From Flavobacteriaceae bacterium (GTDB taxonomy: Bacteria; Bacteroidota; Bacteroidia; Flavobacteriales; Flavobacteriaceae), in NCBI GenBank assembly GCA_049115595.1, contig JAGDZS010000007.1:217219-281218 (forward strand): a stretch of DNA of 64,000 nt. The letters run 5' to 3'. The notes below the pieces were generated by a model that was not told the DNA's origin, did no database searches, and worked only from the letters and a program-made list of their open reading frames with translations. This document shows positions 55,604 to 64,000 of the stretch, piece by piece (position 1 is the first letter of the stretch; every line of letters begins with the position of its first letter). A program made the position numbers and the translations under genes.

Positions 55604-58600
55604 TTAACTTTTTTTTGCTTCAACCCATTTTCTGGCATTTACAAATGCTTCCAACCATGGAGAAACTTCGTCTTTTCTACCAGCTGGATAGTTTGCCCAG
55701 TTCCATTGGAATGTAGAGCGTTCTATATGTGGCATGGTTGCTAAATGACGTCCTGTTTTGTCACACATCATAGCTGTGTTAAAATCAGAGCCATTTGGAT
55801 TGTGAGGATATCCTTCATAACTATACTTAGCAACAATATCATATTTATCTTCAGAATAAGGAAGATCAAATTTTCCTTCACCATGAGAAATCCAAACTCC
55901 CAGCGTTGTTCCGGCTAGACTAGATAACATCACGGAATTGTTCTCTTGTATCTTTACTGAGGTAAAAGAACTTTCGTGTTTCCCAGAATCGTTGTAAGTC
56001 ATTTTTCCATGTACTTCATGATCTGGATTCATTAAATCCAATTCCATCCATAACTGACATCCGTTACAAATTCCAACACTTAGTGTGTCTTCTCTATCGA
56101 AAAATGATTTTAATACCTTATTAGCCTTCTCATTGTATAAAAAGGCACCAGCCCAACCTTTTGCAGAACCCAGTACATCTGAATTTGAGAATCCACCTAC
56201 AGCTCCAATGAACTGAATATCGTCTAAGGTTTCACGACCAGAAATTAAATCGGTCATGTGAACGTCTTTTACATCAAATCCAGCTAAGTACATGGCATTT
56301 GCCATTTCACGTTCAGAATTACTTCCTTTTTCACGTAGAATGGCTGCTTTTGGTTTAACTCTTGTCTCCTCGAGCGCAGTCGAGAGGTTGTCAAGAGGTC
56401 TCGACTGCGCTCGACCTGACAACGTATCAGACAATCTTCCTGTAAAACCTTCAGGAAATGTATACTGTAAAGGTTGATTCTTATAATTGTCAAAACGATC
56501 TTTAGCCAAGCCATTGGCTGTTTGTTTTTGATCGAGTAGGTAAGAGGTCTTATACCAAGTGTCTCTTAATTCTGAAACTGATAATGAATAGTTGGTCTTG
56601 TGATTCTGAATATTTAATGTATCACTCTCCGCAACCGTTCCTATTTTAATAGCATCAATTCCGTTGCTTGCAAATGTATTTTCAATAGAACTGTCTTTCG
56701 CTTGAATTACAATTCCTGCATTTTCAGCAAACAACATCTTAAGAGTGTCTTCCTCATTCAATCCTGATAGATCTAAGTTAGCGCCGGTATTTACATCCGC
56801 AAAACATAATTCTAATAAGGTAGTAATCAACCCTCCAGAAGCAACATCATGCCCTGCAAGAATTTGACCTTCTTTAATGAGGTCTTGAATTGTATTGAAA
56901 ACATTTTTTACATATCCAGCATCTTTTACTGTAGGAGTGTCATTTCCAATTTTATTAACTATTTGAGCAAAAGAACTACCACCTAATTTAAAATCGTCTT
57001 GAGAAATATTGATATAGTAAATGTCGCCACCGTCTTTCTGTAAAACAGGTTCTACAACTTTCATAATATCATTACAGTTAGCAGCTGCTGAAATGATAAC
57101 GGTACCTGGAGAAATTACTTCTTCATTTGGATACTTCTGTTTCATTGACAAGGAATCCTTTCCAGTAGGAACATTGATTCCCAAGTCAATTGAGAATTCT
57201 GAAATTGCTTTTACAGCTTTGTACAAGCGGGCATCTTCTCCTTCATTTTTACATGGCCACATCCAGTTAGCTGAGAGCGATACGCTCTTTAAACCTTCTT
57301 TAAGTGGTGCGAAAACAATATTAGTAAGAGCTTCAGTAATTGCGTTTCTACTTCCTGCTTCTGGATTGATTAATCCAGAAATAGGAGCGTGCCCAATAGA
57401 AGTAGCAATCCCTTCTTGTCCTTTATAGTCTAGTGCCATTACACCTACATTGTTTAAAGGAATTTGTAATTGACCAACACACTGTTGTTTTGCTACTTTT
57501 CCACCAACACAACGATCTACTTTGTTTGTTAACCAATCTTTACATGCTACAGCTTCTAATTGTAATACTTGCGACAAGTAGTTTGAAAATTCATCAGAAT
57601 TATAAGAAACCTTTTCATAATTTCTGTTAACAGTTACGTCGTTCATAATGGTTTTAGGAGAAGAACCAAACATATCTTCTAAAGCCAAATCCATTGGTTT
57701 GTTTCCATTGGTTGCTGATTCAAACGTAAAACGATCATCACCAGTTACATCACCTACTTGGTACATTGGAGAACGTTCTCTTTCTGCAATCTTTTGCAAG
57801 GTGTCTATATGTTTTTCGGCAATGACTAATCCCATTCTTTCTTGAGATTCATTTCCGATAATTTCTTTGTTTGATAGTGTTGGGTCTCCAACAGGAAGCT
57901 GATCTAAATCAATCTTACCACCTGTATCTTCAACCAATTCTGATAAACAATTTAAATGTCCACCTGCACCGTGATCATGAATGGAAACAATAAAGTTATC
58001 TTCACTTTCTACCATTCCACGAACTGCATTTGCAGCACGTTTTTGCATTTCAGGATTAGAACGTTGAACAGCATTCAATTCAATTCCAGAAGAGAATTCA
58101 CCTGTGTCTGCAGAAGAAACTGCAGCCCCACCCATTCCAATTCTATAATTATCACCTCCAAGGATAACAATCTTGTCACCTTCTTTTGGAGTATCTTTCA
58201 ATGCTTGATCTTGTTTTCCATAACCAATTCCACCAGCTTGCATAATCACTTTATCGAAACCAAGTTTTCGAGCATCTTCTTCATGTTCAAAAGTAAGCAC
58301 GGAACCAACAATTAAAGGTTGACCGAATTTATTCCCAAAATCTGAAGCTCCATTAGAAGCTTTGATTAGAATGTCCATTGGAGTTTGGTACAACCACTTG
58401 CGCTCTTCAATATTCTCCCAAGGTCTGTTTTCTTCCAAACGTGAATAGGAGGTCATATATACAGCAGTTCCAGCCAATGGCAACGAACCTTTTCCTCCAG
58501 CTAAACGATCTCTAATTTCACCTCCGGAACCTGTAGCAGCACCGTTAAAAGGTTCTACAGTAGTAGGGAAATTGTGAGTTTCTGCTTTGATAGAAATCAC

Positions 58601-59320
58601 AGAATCAAAATCTTCTGTTTGATAGTAATCTGGTACATCAGCTCTTTTCGGAGCGAATTGTTCAACTTTAGGGCCTTTAATAAAAGCAACATTGTCTTTG
58701 TACGCAGAAACAATGTCATTAGGATTTTGTTTCGATGTTTCTTTAATCATCTTAAATAAAGAAGTTGATTGTTCTTCTCCATCTATGACAAAAGTTCCAT
58801 TGAATATTTTGTGTCTACAGTGTTCTGAATTTACTTGAGAAAAACCAAATACTTCAGAATCTGTTAGCTTTCGACCAATCTTAGTCGATAGATTATTTAA
58901 ATAATCAACTTCCTCATCATTTAAAGCCAATCCTTCTTGAGCATTATAAGAAGCAATATCATCGATTTCTAAAATAGCTTCCGGTTGAATGTCAATAGTA
59001 AATGTGCTTTGATGCAATCCGTCAAACTTTTGTAAGATCATTGGATCATATTCTGAAAAATCTTTAGAGACAGCTTCAAACTCCTCAATTCTTAAGATTC
59101 CTGTAATACCCATATTCTGAGTAATCTCAACAGCATTGGTACTCCAAGGAGTAATCATCGCTGCTCTAGGGCCAATAAAAAAGGCGTCAAGAGACGCCGA
59201 GTTAAGTTGAGTTTGGTTGCCAAAAAGCCAAGTTAATTTCGAGATGTTTTCAGCTGTTAATTCTTCTGTTGTTTGAACAGCAAATACTTTACTGTTTACG
59301 TTTCCAAAGAAATTGATCAT
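55604..59320 (-). CDS. purL: phosphoribosylformylglycinamidine synthase (large type)
   Basis: NSEHCRHK, KAETHNFPT, GAATGSGGEIRD, HDHGAGG, glutaminase GICNGCQ, MPHIER. Confidence 0.98.
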   Translation of the reverse strand: MINFFGNVNSKVFAVQTTEELTAENISKLTWLFGNQTQLNSASLDAFFIGPRAAMITPWSTNAVEITQNMGITGILRIEEFEAVSKDFSEYDPMILQKFDGLHQSTFTIDIQPEAILEIDDIASYNAQEGLALNDEEVDYLNNLSTKIGRKLTDSEVFGFSQVNSEHCRHKIFNGTFVIDGEEQSTSLFKMIKETSKQNPNDIVSAYKDNVAFIKGPKVEQFAPKRADVPDYYQTEDFDSVISIKAETHNFPTTVEPFNGAATGSGGEIRDRLAGGKGSLPLAGTAVYMTSYSRLEENRPWENIEERKWLYQTPMDILIKASNGASDFGNKFGQPLIVGSVLTFEHEEDARKLGFDKVIMQAGGIGYGKQDQALKDTPKEGDKIVILGGDNYRIGMGGAAVSSADTGEFSSGIELNAVQRSNPEMQKRAANAVRGMVESEDNFIVSIHDHGAGGHLNCLSELVEDTGGKIDLDQLPVGDPTLSNKEIIGNESQERMGLVIAEKHIDTLQKIAERERSPMYQVGDVTGDDRFTFESATNGNKPMDLALEDMFGSSPKTIMNDVTVNRNYEKVSYNSDEFSNYLSQVLQLEAVACKDWLTNKVDRCVGGKVAKQQCVGQLQIPLNNVGVMALDYKGQEGIATSIGHAPISGLINPEAGSRNAITEALTNIVFAPLKEGLKSVSLSANWMWPCKNEGEDARLYKAVKAISEFSIDLGINVPTGKDSLSMKQKYPNEEVISPGTVIISAAANCNDIMKVVEPVLQKDGGDIYYINISQDDFKLGGSSFAQIVNKIGNDTPTVKDAGYVKNVFNTIQDLIKEGQILAGHDVASGGLITTLLELCFADVNTGANLDLSGLNEEDTLKMLFAENAGIVIQAKDSSIENTFASNGIDAIKIGTVAESDTLNIQNHKTNYSLSVSELRDTWYKTSYLLDQKQTANGLAKDRFDNYKNQPLQYTFPEGFTGRLSDTLSGRAQSRPLDNLSTALEETRVKPKAAILREKGSNSEREMANAMYLAGFDVKDVHMTDLISGRETLDDIQFIGAVGGFSNSDVLGSAKGWAGAFLYNEKANKVLKSFFDREDTLSVGICNGCQLWMELDLMNPDHEVHGKMTYNDSGKHESSFTSVKIQENNSVMLSSLAGTTLGVWISHGEGKFDLPYSEDKYDIVAKYSYEGYPHNPNGSDFNTAMMCDKTGRHLATMPHIERSTFQWNWANYPAGRKDEVSPWLEAFVNARKWVEAKKS
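56362..56422. mobile_element. REP-type palindromic element inserted in frame within purL
   Basis: Perfect 16-bp inverted repeat TCGAGCGCAGTCGAGA (56370-56385) / TCTCGACTGCGCTCGA (56399-56414) with outer TTGTC/GACAA ends. Confidence 0.9.
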
Positions 59321-59352
59321 TCGTATGGTGATTTGTCAATTATTATAAGTTG

Positions 59353-59360
59353 CAAATTTA
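59353..59360 (-). promoter_or_regulatory. -7 promoter box of purL
   Basis: TAAATTTG matches TAnnTTTG, 33 bp upstream of the ATG. Confidence 0.6.
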
Positions 59361-59502
59361 AAATTTTCAATGGTAACTTTAAGTCTGAATTCTTGTTTTT
59401 TTTTCGTGTTATAAATCAGTTATCAACAAAAAAATATATTTAACGCAAGTTTTTAGTTACTATTGCATCTAAAGTTATTAATATAACTTTAATCAAACTC
59501 AT

Positions 59503-60906
59503 ATGATGAAAAAACTACCCAAGGTTATTACTATTTTAGGTTTAGGATTTATCCTAATTAGTGGTACAATTGATTTGGATAATTTATTTAATTATGCCAG
59601 TCAAACCGTTCCAGGTTACATTACAAAGGACAATACACCCGCAACCAATCCTATAGATGATAAGATTGCTACTTTAGGAAGGGTGTTGTTTTACGATAAA
59701 AATCTTTCAGACAATAATACCGTTGCCTGCGCAAGCTGTCACCAACAAGCTTTTGCTTTTGGAGATCCTTTAACAACAAGTTTAGGTTTAGATGGAGGTA
59801 ATACAGGAAGACATTCCATGCGATTGATTAACAGTCGTTTTTCAAATGAAGGGAAATTCTTTTGGGATGAACGAGCTACTTCTCTTGAAGATCAAGTAAC
59901 CAAACCCATCCAAGATCATGTTGAAATGGGATTCAGCGGAACCAATGGCGACCCAGACTTTTCAGACTTAGTTACCAAACTTTCTGCAATTTCATATTAT
60001 CAAACACTCTTTGAATTTGCATTTGGTGATACAACAATTAATGAGGATAGAATGCAAAAAGCATTGGCTCAGTTTGTAAGAAGCATCCAGTCATTTGATT
60101 CAAAATTTGATGTAGGTTTAGCTTCAGCTCCAAATGTGGGGGCTAACTTCTCTAATTATACGACGCAAGAGAATGAAGGGAAACAATTGTTCTTACAACC
60201 TCCAAATATGGGAGGAGCTGGTTGTGCAGGTTGTCATGGGCCTCCAGAGTTTGATATAGATCCTAATTCATTAAATAATGGAGTGATTAGTGTGGCAGGA
60301 AGTGCAACAGATATCGATCTTACTAATACAAGAGCTCCATCATTACGTGATATGGTGAATCCTGATGGAAATTTAAACGGACCTTTAATGCATGATGGGA
60401 GCATGACGACATTGCGACAAGTGATTGATCATTACAATGCCATCCCAGATGATGCTGCAAATACAAATATAGATCCAAGGTTAAATCCTCCTGGGCCACC
60501 ACCTGCTCAAATGCTGAACTTAACGGAGACACAGAAATTAGCAATAGAAGCGTTTTTAAAAACATTAACAGGAACAGATGTATATACCAACCAAATATGG
60601 TCTGATCCATTTGATGCTGGAGGTAATATTACTGTAACAGGTGGAACACTTTCTACTAATGAAGAAGTGTTTGGTAAAAGGGTGAATGTATATCCTAATC
60701 CAGTTGAAAGAGATTTGTTTATCCGATTGGAATCAGGGAGCTACAAGGTTGCGGTTTATAATATGATGGGACAGTTGAGTTATCAAAATGCAATTCAAGG
60801 TGATGATGAATTGGATTTGCAAAGTTTAGCCAAAGGAATTTATATATTGAAAGTATATGATACCGATTCTCAAAAAACGTATGAGAAGAAGTTTATAAAA
60901 AGGTAA
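59503..60906 (+). CDS. di-heme cytochrome c peroxidase (bCcP/MauG superfamily) with T9SS C-terminal sorting domain
   Basis: LGRVLFYDKNLS, CASCH, FFWDERA, CAGCH, APSLR; CTD VYPNP..YNMMGQ..LAKGIYILKV..KKFIKR. Confidence 0.92.
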   Translation: MMKKLPKVITILGLGFILISGTIDLDNLFNYASQTVPGYITKDNTPATNPIDDKIATLGRVLFYDKNLSDNNTVACASCHQQAFAFGDPLTTSLGLDGGNTGRHSMRLINSRFSNEGKFFWDERATSLEDQVTKPIQDHVEMGFSGTNGDPDFSDLVTKLSAISYYQTLFEFAFGDTTINEDRMQKALAQFVRSIQSFDSKFDVGLASAPNVGANFSNYTTQENEGKQLFLQPPNMGGAGCAGCHGPPEFDIDPNSLNNGVISVAGSATDIDLTNTRAPSLRDMVNPDGNLNGPLMHDGSMTTLRQVIDHYNAIPDDAANTNIDPRLNPPGPPPAQMLNLTETQKLAIEAFLKTLTGTDVYTNQIWSDPFDAGGNITVTGGTLSTNEEVFGKRVNVYPNPVERDLFIRLESGSYKVAVYNMMGQLSYQNAIQGDDELDLQSLAKGIYILKVYDTDSQKTYEKKFIKR

Positions 60907-60908
60907 AT

Positions 60909-60942
60909 AAAAAAAGGCGGTCTGAAAAGACCGCCTTTTTTT
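60909..60942. terminator. bidirectional terminator
   Basis: AAAAAAAGGCGGTCT-GAAA-AGACCGCCTTTTTTT between convergent genes. Confidence 0.9.
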
Positions 60943-62155
60943 ATGCTTTACGTTCTAGCAACGCCATGTAAAATCCGTCATATCCAGACACATGAACGAG
61001 TACTTTGTTGTCTTTTACAAAAGTGAATTCTTTTCCTGCTTCAGAAGCTAAGAACTTTTCAACTTGATTTTGGTTTTCTGATGGAAGTACAGAGCATGTA
61101 GCATACACCATTTTACCACCAGGTTTTACCATTCTAGAATACTGTTGTAGAATGTCTTGTTGTACCTTCCTTATTGAATCTAAAAACTCTGGTTGTAGTT
61201 TCCATTTCGAATCTGGATTTCTTCTAAGAACACCAATTCCAGAGCAAGGAGCATCAATCAATACTCTGTCTGCCTTATCGTATAACTTTTTAATTGGTTT
61301 GGTAGAATCAATAACTCGAGTATCTATATTATGCACTTTATTTCTACGTGCTCTAATTTTTAATTTCTTCAACTTGCTTTCATAGATGTCCATAGCAATC
61401 AGTTGCCCTTTGTTTCCCATAAATGAAGCTAAATGCAATGTTTTTCCTCCTGCGCCTGCACAAGTGTCTACTACTTTCATTCCTGGTGCTACATCCAAAT
61501 ATTCGGCTACTAATTGAGAAGAAGCGTCTTGTACTTCAAAATATCCTTTCTTAAAAGCTTCAGTTCTAAATACATTGGCTCTCTCAGTTAGTTTTAAGGC
61601 ATCGACATGGTTTGGTATGAATTCAGTGATGATGTTCTCTTTACGAAGCTCTTTTTGAAGCTCTTCTTTAGAAATATTTAAAGTATTGGTTCGTAAGATT
61701 ACTTCAGCCTGCTTATTTAATGCAGTCAATTCCTTAGACCATAATTCTTCGCCAAGTTCTTCAACAGCTAATTCATCCATCCAATCTGGAATAGATTCTT
61801 TAATTTTTCTAATTTTAGAAAATTCATCAAACCTTCCTTTGATCCTACGAGTTGGTGTCGGTTCTATCTGATTCCAATCGGGTAGGGCAATTCCTTTTAA
61901 AACACACCATACAGAAAAAAGACGCCAAATATTTGGGCGGTCAAAAGGTTCTTTTACATCAGCAATCTCAGCATACAAACGCTTCCAACGTACAATGTCA
62001 TAAATTGTTTCTGCGACGAACTTTCGATCACGACTTCCCCAACGTTTGTCTCTTTTTAACGCTTTCTCTACTGCTTTATCTGCATAAACTCCTTCGTTAA
62101 AAATATCACGAATGCTATCTATAACAGTATATACTAGGTTTCTATGTAATCTCAC
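60941..62155 (-). CDS. RsmB/NOP family RNA m5C methyltransferase
   Basis: FEVQDASSQ, DTCAGAGGKT, DAPCSGIG, VYATCS. Confidence 0.93.
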   Translation of the reverse strand: MRLHRNLVYTVIDSIRDIFNEGVYADKAVEKALKRDKRWGSRDRKFVAETIYDIVRWKRLYAEIADVKEPFDRPNIWRLFSVWCVLKGIALPDWNQIEPTPTRRIKGRFDEFSKIRKIKESIPDWMDELAVEELGEELWSKELTALNKQAEVILRTNTLNISKEELQKELRKENIITEFIPNHVDALKLTERANVFRTEAFKKGYFEVQDASSQLVAEYLDVAPGMKVVDTCAGAGGKTLHLASFMGNKGQLIAMDIYESKLKKLKIRARRNKVHNIDTRVIDSTKPIKKLYDKADRVLIDAPCSGIGVLRRNPDSKWKLQPEFLDSIRKVQQDILQQYSRMVKPGGKMVYATCSVLPSENQNQVEKFLASEAGKEFTFVKDNKVLVHVSGYDGFYMALLERKA

Positions 62156-62213
62156 GATGCTTAATTTTGGGCTGCAAAGATAGTAATAGCCTTTGAGTAA
62201 TTATGTTATGGTG

Positions 62214-64000
62214 TTAGTTTTTCTTTTTTGAGAAATCTTTGAAGATCACTTTCCTTCTTTTCTCTACAATATAGAAAGAAACATAGACTCCATCTTGTTC
62301 ATTTCGAAGTCTAATAGGTAAGTTATTACGAGTAACTCTAAATCGCTCATTTAAGATTCCTTCATCCATCGTAATTGTATATTCTCCAAAAGGAAGATAA
62401 AACTCAAATCGACCATTACCATTGGTTAAAGTATTATAGATTTTATCGCCTTTTACAGCGCTTATTTTAATACGAGACAGATCTAATGGTTTATCGTCTG
62501 TAACTGCTATTTTTTGACGATCGACAATCACATCACCATATACTTTAATACCTCTTACAAACGGAATATAATTAACACCGTCTTGATTAATAACAATAGA
62601 ATCTTGAGTGTTGGCAAACCACCCATTTAATTCTTCTAAAGCGATGGTTTCTAATTTATACTTATCAAGTTTTAAATTTTTAATAGTAGCCTCTCCTTGA
62701 AAATTGGTAATTACTTCATCTCTATTTAATTTGATGACTACATTTTGTACACTAACTTCGTCTTTTTCTTTGATTCCATTCCCGTTTACATCTAAAAAGG
62801 ATACAAACTTAGTAGTAGCAGCAATTTTTTTAGTAAAAGGTATTGGTATACCAAACTCTTTACGAATATTGAAATTTAGGTTTAAGTTGCTGTTGGTTGT
62901 AGGCCCTATAGCTTGTTGATTTTGATTAGGGTTGACATCCGTAGCATCAAATATAGAGCTAAAGTCACTAGTGGTAAAAACATAATTTGCACTGATCCCA
63001 AATCTCCATCCAGAATTTGAGAAATAATATCCTTGAGGAAAAATACCTAACGTATGATTTTTAAAAACATTATTAAAACTATAAATCAAACTAGATTCTA
63101 ATACAAAGTGCCTATTGGAAAATAAATGCTGATTTTGTAAAGAAAGTCTTAACGCTTGTGGCGTTACTAAATCATTGGTATTCTGTTGAGAAGTTATAGA
63201 AGAAAATGTACCTAAATTGTATCGTGCAGTAAGATTCCATGTTTTGTAACGAAACAGTCCGTTTAACTCTAAACTAAAATACTCTCTATTGTTAGCATTA
63301 TCCATAGGCTTTGCATATCCAGCTCTTGTGAAAATAGACGAAAGAAAGTTATCGTTTAAATCGAAAATAGAATACCTAAAATTCACTCCTCTTAAAGCAA
63401 AAGAATTGTTAGGGAAATTTCGATACTCATAAAAAACTCCAGGTTGATACGAACCTGTTTCCGTTCTTTTAGAAAAAATAAGGTTTGTGAAAAGAGTTTC
63501 TTGTTTGTATAAAAATTGATCTGTTGTTCTATTAAATACTCTGTTTCTTTGATAATTGCCAGAAAATATAGTCAGCCATTCTTTTGATAGTTTATAAGTC
63601 AATCTTTGGTTAAAGAAGCCTCTTTCGATAGTTCCATTACTAAAATTTCGGTCGTTAAAACGAACGCTAAAATTTGAACGTAACCTTCTTTTCAATAAAA
63701 CTGAAGAATAATTTGTCCCTAAAATAAAACCATTAGTGGTAGTAGGAGTATTATTTTCTTCAAATTCTTGATTGCTATAACCTCCCAAAAAAGAGACAGT
63801 ATGTGTATTAAAAAAACGTACTGTGGGTTGAACAGTAGCAACAGTTGTTATTCTGTCTATTAATTGGTTATTGCTCCTACCGGCTTTTGCTTCTAAACGA
63901 ATGTTCTCATTGTATTTTAATCGATACGAACCTCCAAAGGTAACAACTCCTTTGTTGCTATTAAAAACTCCAGTTGAGTTTGTATAAAAAGCTCCAACAG
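62214..64000 (-). CDS. large outer-membrane beta-barrel protein with C-terminal Ig-like domains, usher-like (5' truncated by window edge)
   Basis: I translated the frame beyond the track's TTG at 63788 and it stays open to base 64000; amphipathic beta-strands followed by FLDVNGNGIKEKDE and TNGNGRFEFYLPFGEY domains. Confidence 0.7.
   Translation of the reverse strand, partial: VGAFYTNSTGVFNSNKGVVTFGGSYRLKYNENIRLEAKAGRSNNQLIDRITTVATVQPTVRFFNTHTVSFLGGYSNQEFEENNTPTTTNGFILGTNYSSVLLKRRLRSNFSVRFNDRNFSNGTIERGFFNQRLTYKLSKEWLTIFSGNYQRNRVFNRTTDQFLYKQETLFTNLIFSKRTETGSYQPGVFYEYRNFPNNSFALRGVNFRYSIFDLNDNFLSSIFTRAGYAKPMDNANNREYFSLELNGLFRYKTWNLTARYNLGTFSSITSQQNTNDLVTPQALRLSLQNQHLFSNRHFVLESSLIYSFNNVFKNHTLGIFPQGYYFSNSGWRFGISANYVFTTSDFSSIFDATDVNPNQNQQAIGPTTNSNLNLNFNIRKEFGIPIPFTKKIAATTKFVSFLDVNGNGIKEKDEVSVQNVVIKLNRDEVITNFQGEATIKNLKLDKYKLETIALEELNGWFANTQDSIVINQDGVNYIPFVRGIKVYGDVIVDRQKIAVTDDKPLDLSRIKISAVKGDKIYNTLTNGNGRFEFYLPFGEYTITMDEGILNERFRVTRNNLPIRLRNEQDGVYVSFYIVEKRRKVIFKDFSKKKN

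Noticed and set aside
56284-56514. Overlapping short ORFs across the purL insertion (76 aa minus strand, 61 aa plus strand)
   Set aside because: They are shadow frames of purL; the palindrome explains their unusual composition and nothing supports independent translation.
63786-63788. TTG start assigned by the ORF track for the last gene
   Set aside because: The frame is open to the window end, so the true start lies outside the window.

Overview
AT-rich chromosomal segment of a marine Flavobacteriaceae bacterium (Tenacibaculum/Polaribacter-like gene content; genus assignment is inference). The backbone is housekeeping: tgt, LptF/G permease, accA, hutH, clpC, gyrA, thiolase, 7TM-HDIG hydrolase, a tRNA-Ser/Pro/Arg cluster, dnaX, msrA, two acyl-CoA synthetases, purL and an RsmB-family methylase. 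Accessory blocks are interleaved: a 2OG-oxygenase/heme-protein/lipocalin block between hutH and clpC; a molybdoenzyme region (rhodanese + SorAB-like sulfite dehydrogenase, then an NAD-linked formate dehydrogenase operon with a triple beta-barrel outer-membrane gene); a MocR regulon; and a T9SS-secreted di-heme peroxidase. The most notable signals outside the ORF track are: (1) a palindromic REP-type element inserted in frame inside purL; (2) a secreted pilin-like gene with a highly structured 5' leader, plus an usher-like gene at the window end, suggesting a chaperone-usher-like fibre system; (3) an unannotated 55-aa double-glycine-leader, Cys-containing peptide gene with its own terminator; (4) att-like duplications of the 3' ends of two tRNAs; (5) tandem lipocalin genes bounded by three copies of the clpC terminator; (6) an A10G slippery site in dnaX; (7) a recurring TCAAT..GGGGA hairpin resembling a small-RNA family. 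All calls were made by eye from the sequence and ORF track; no database searches were run.
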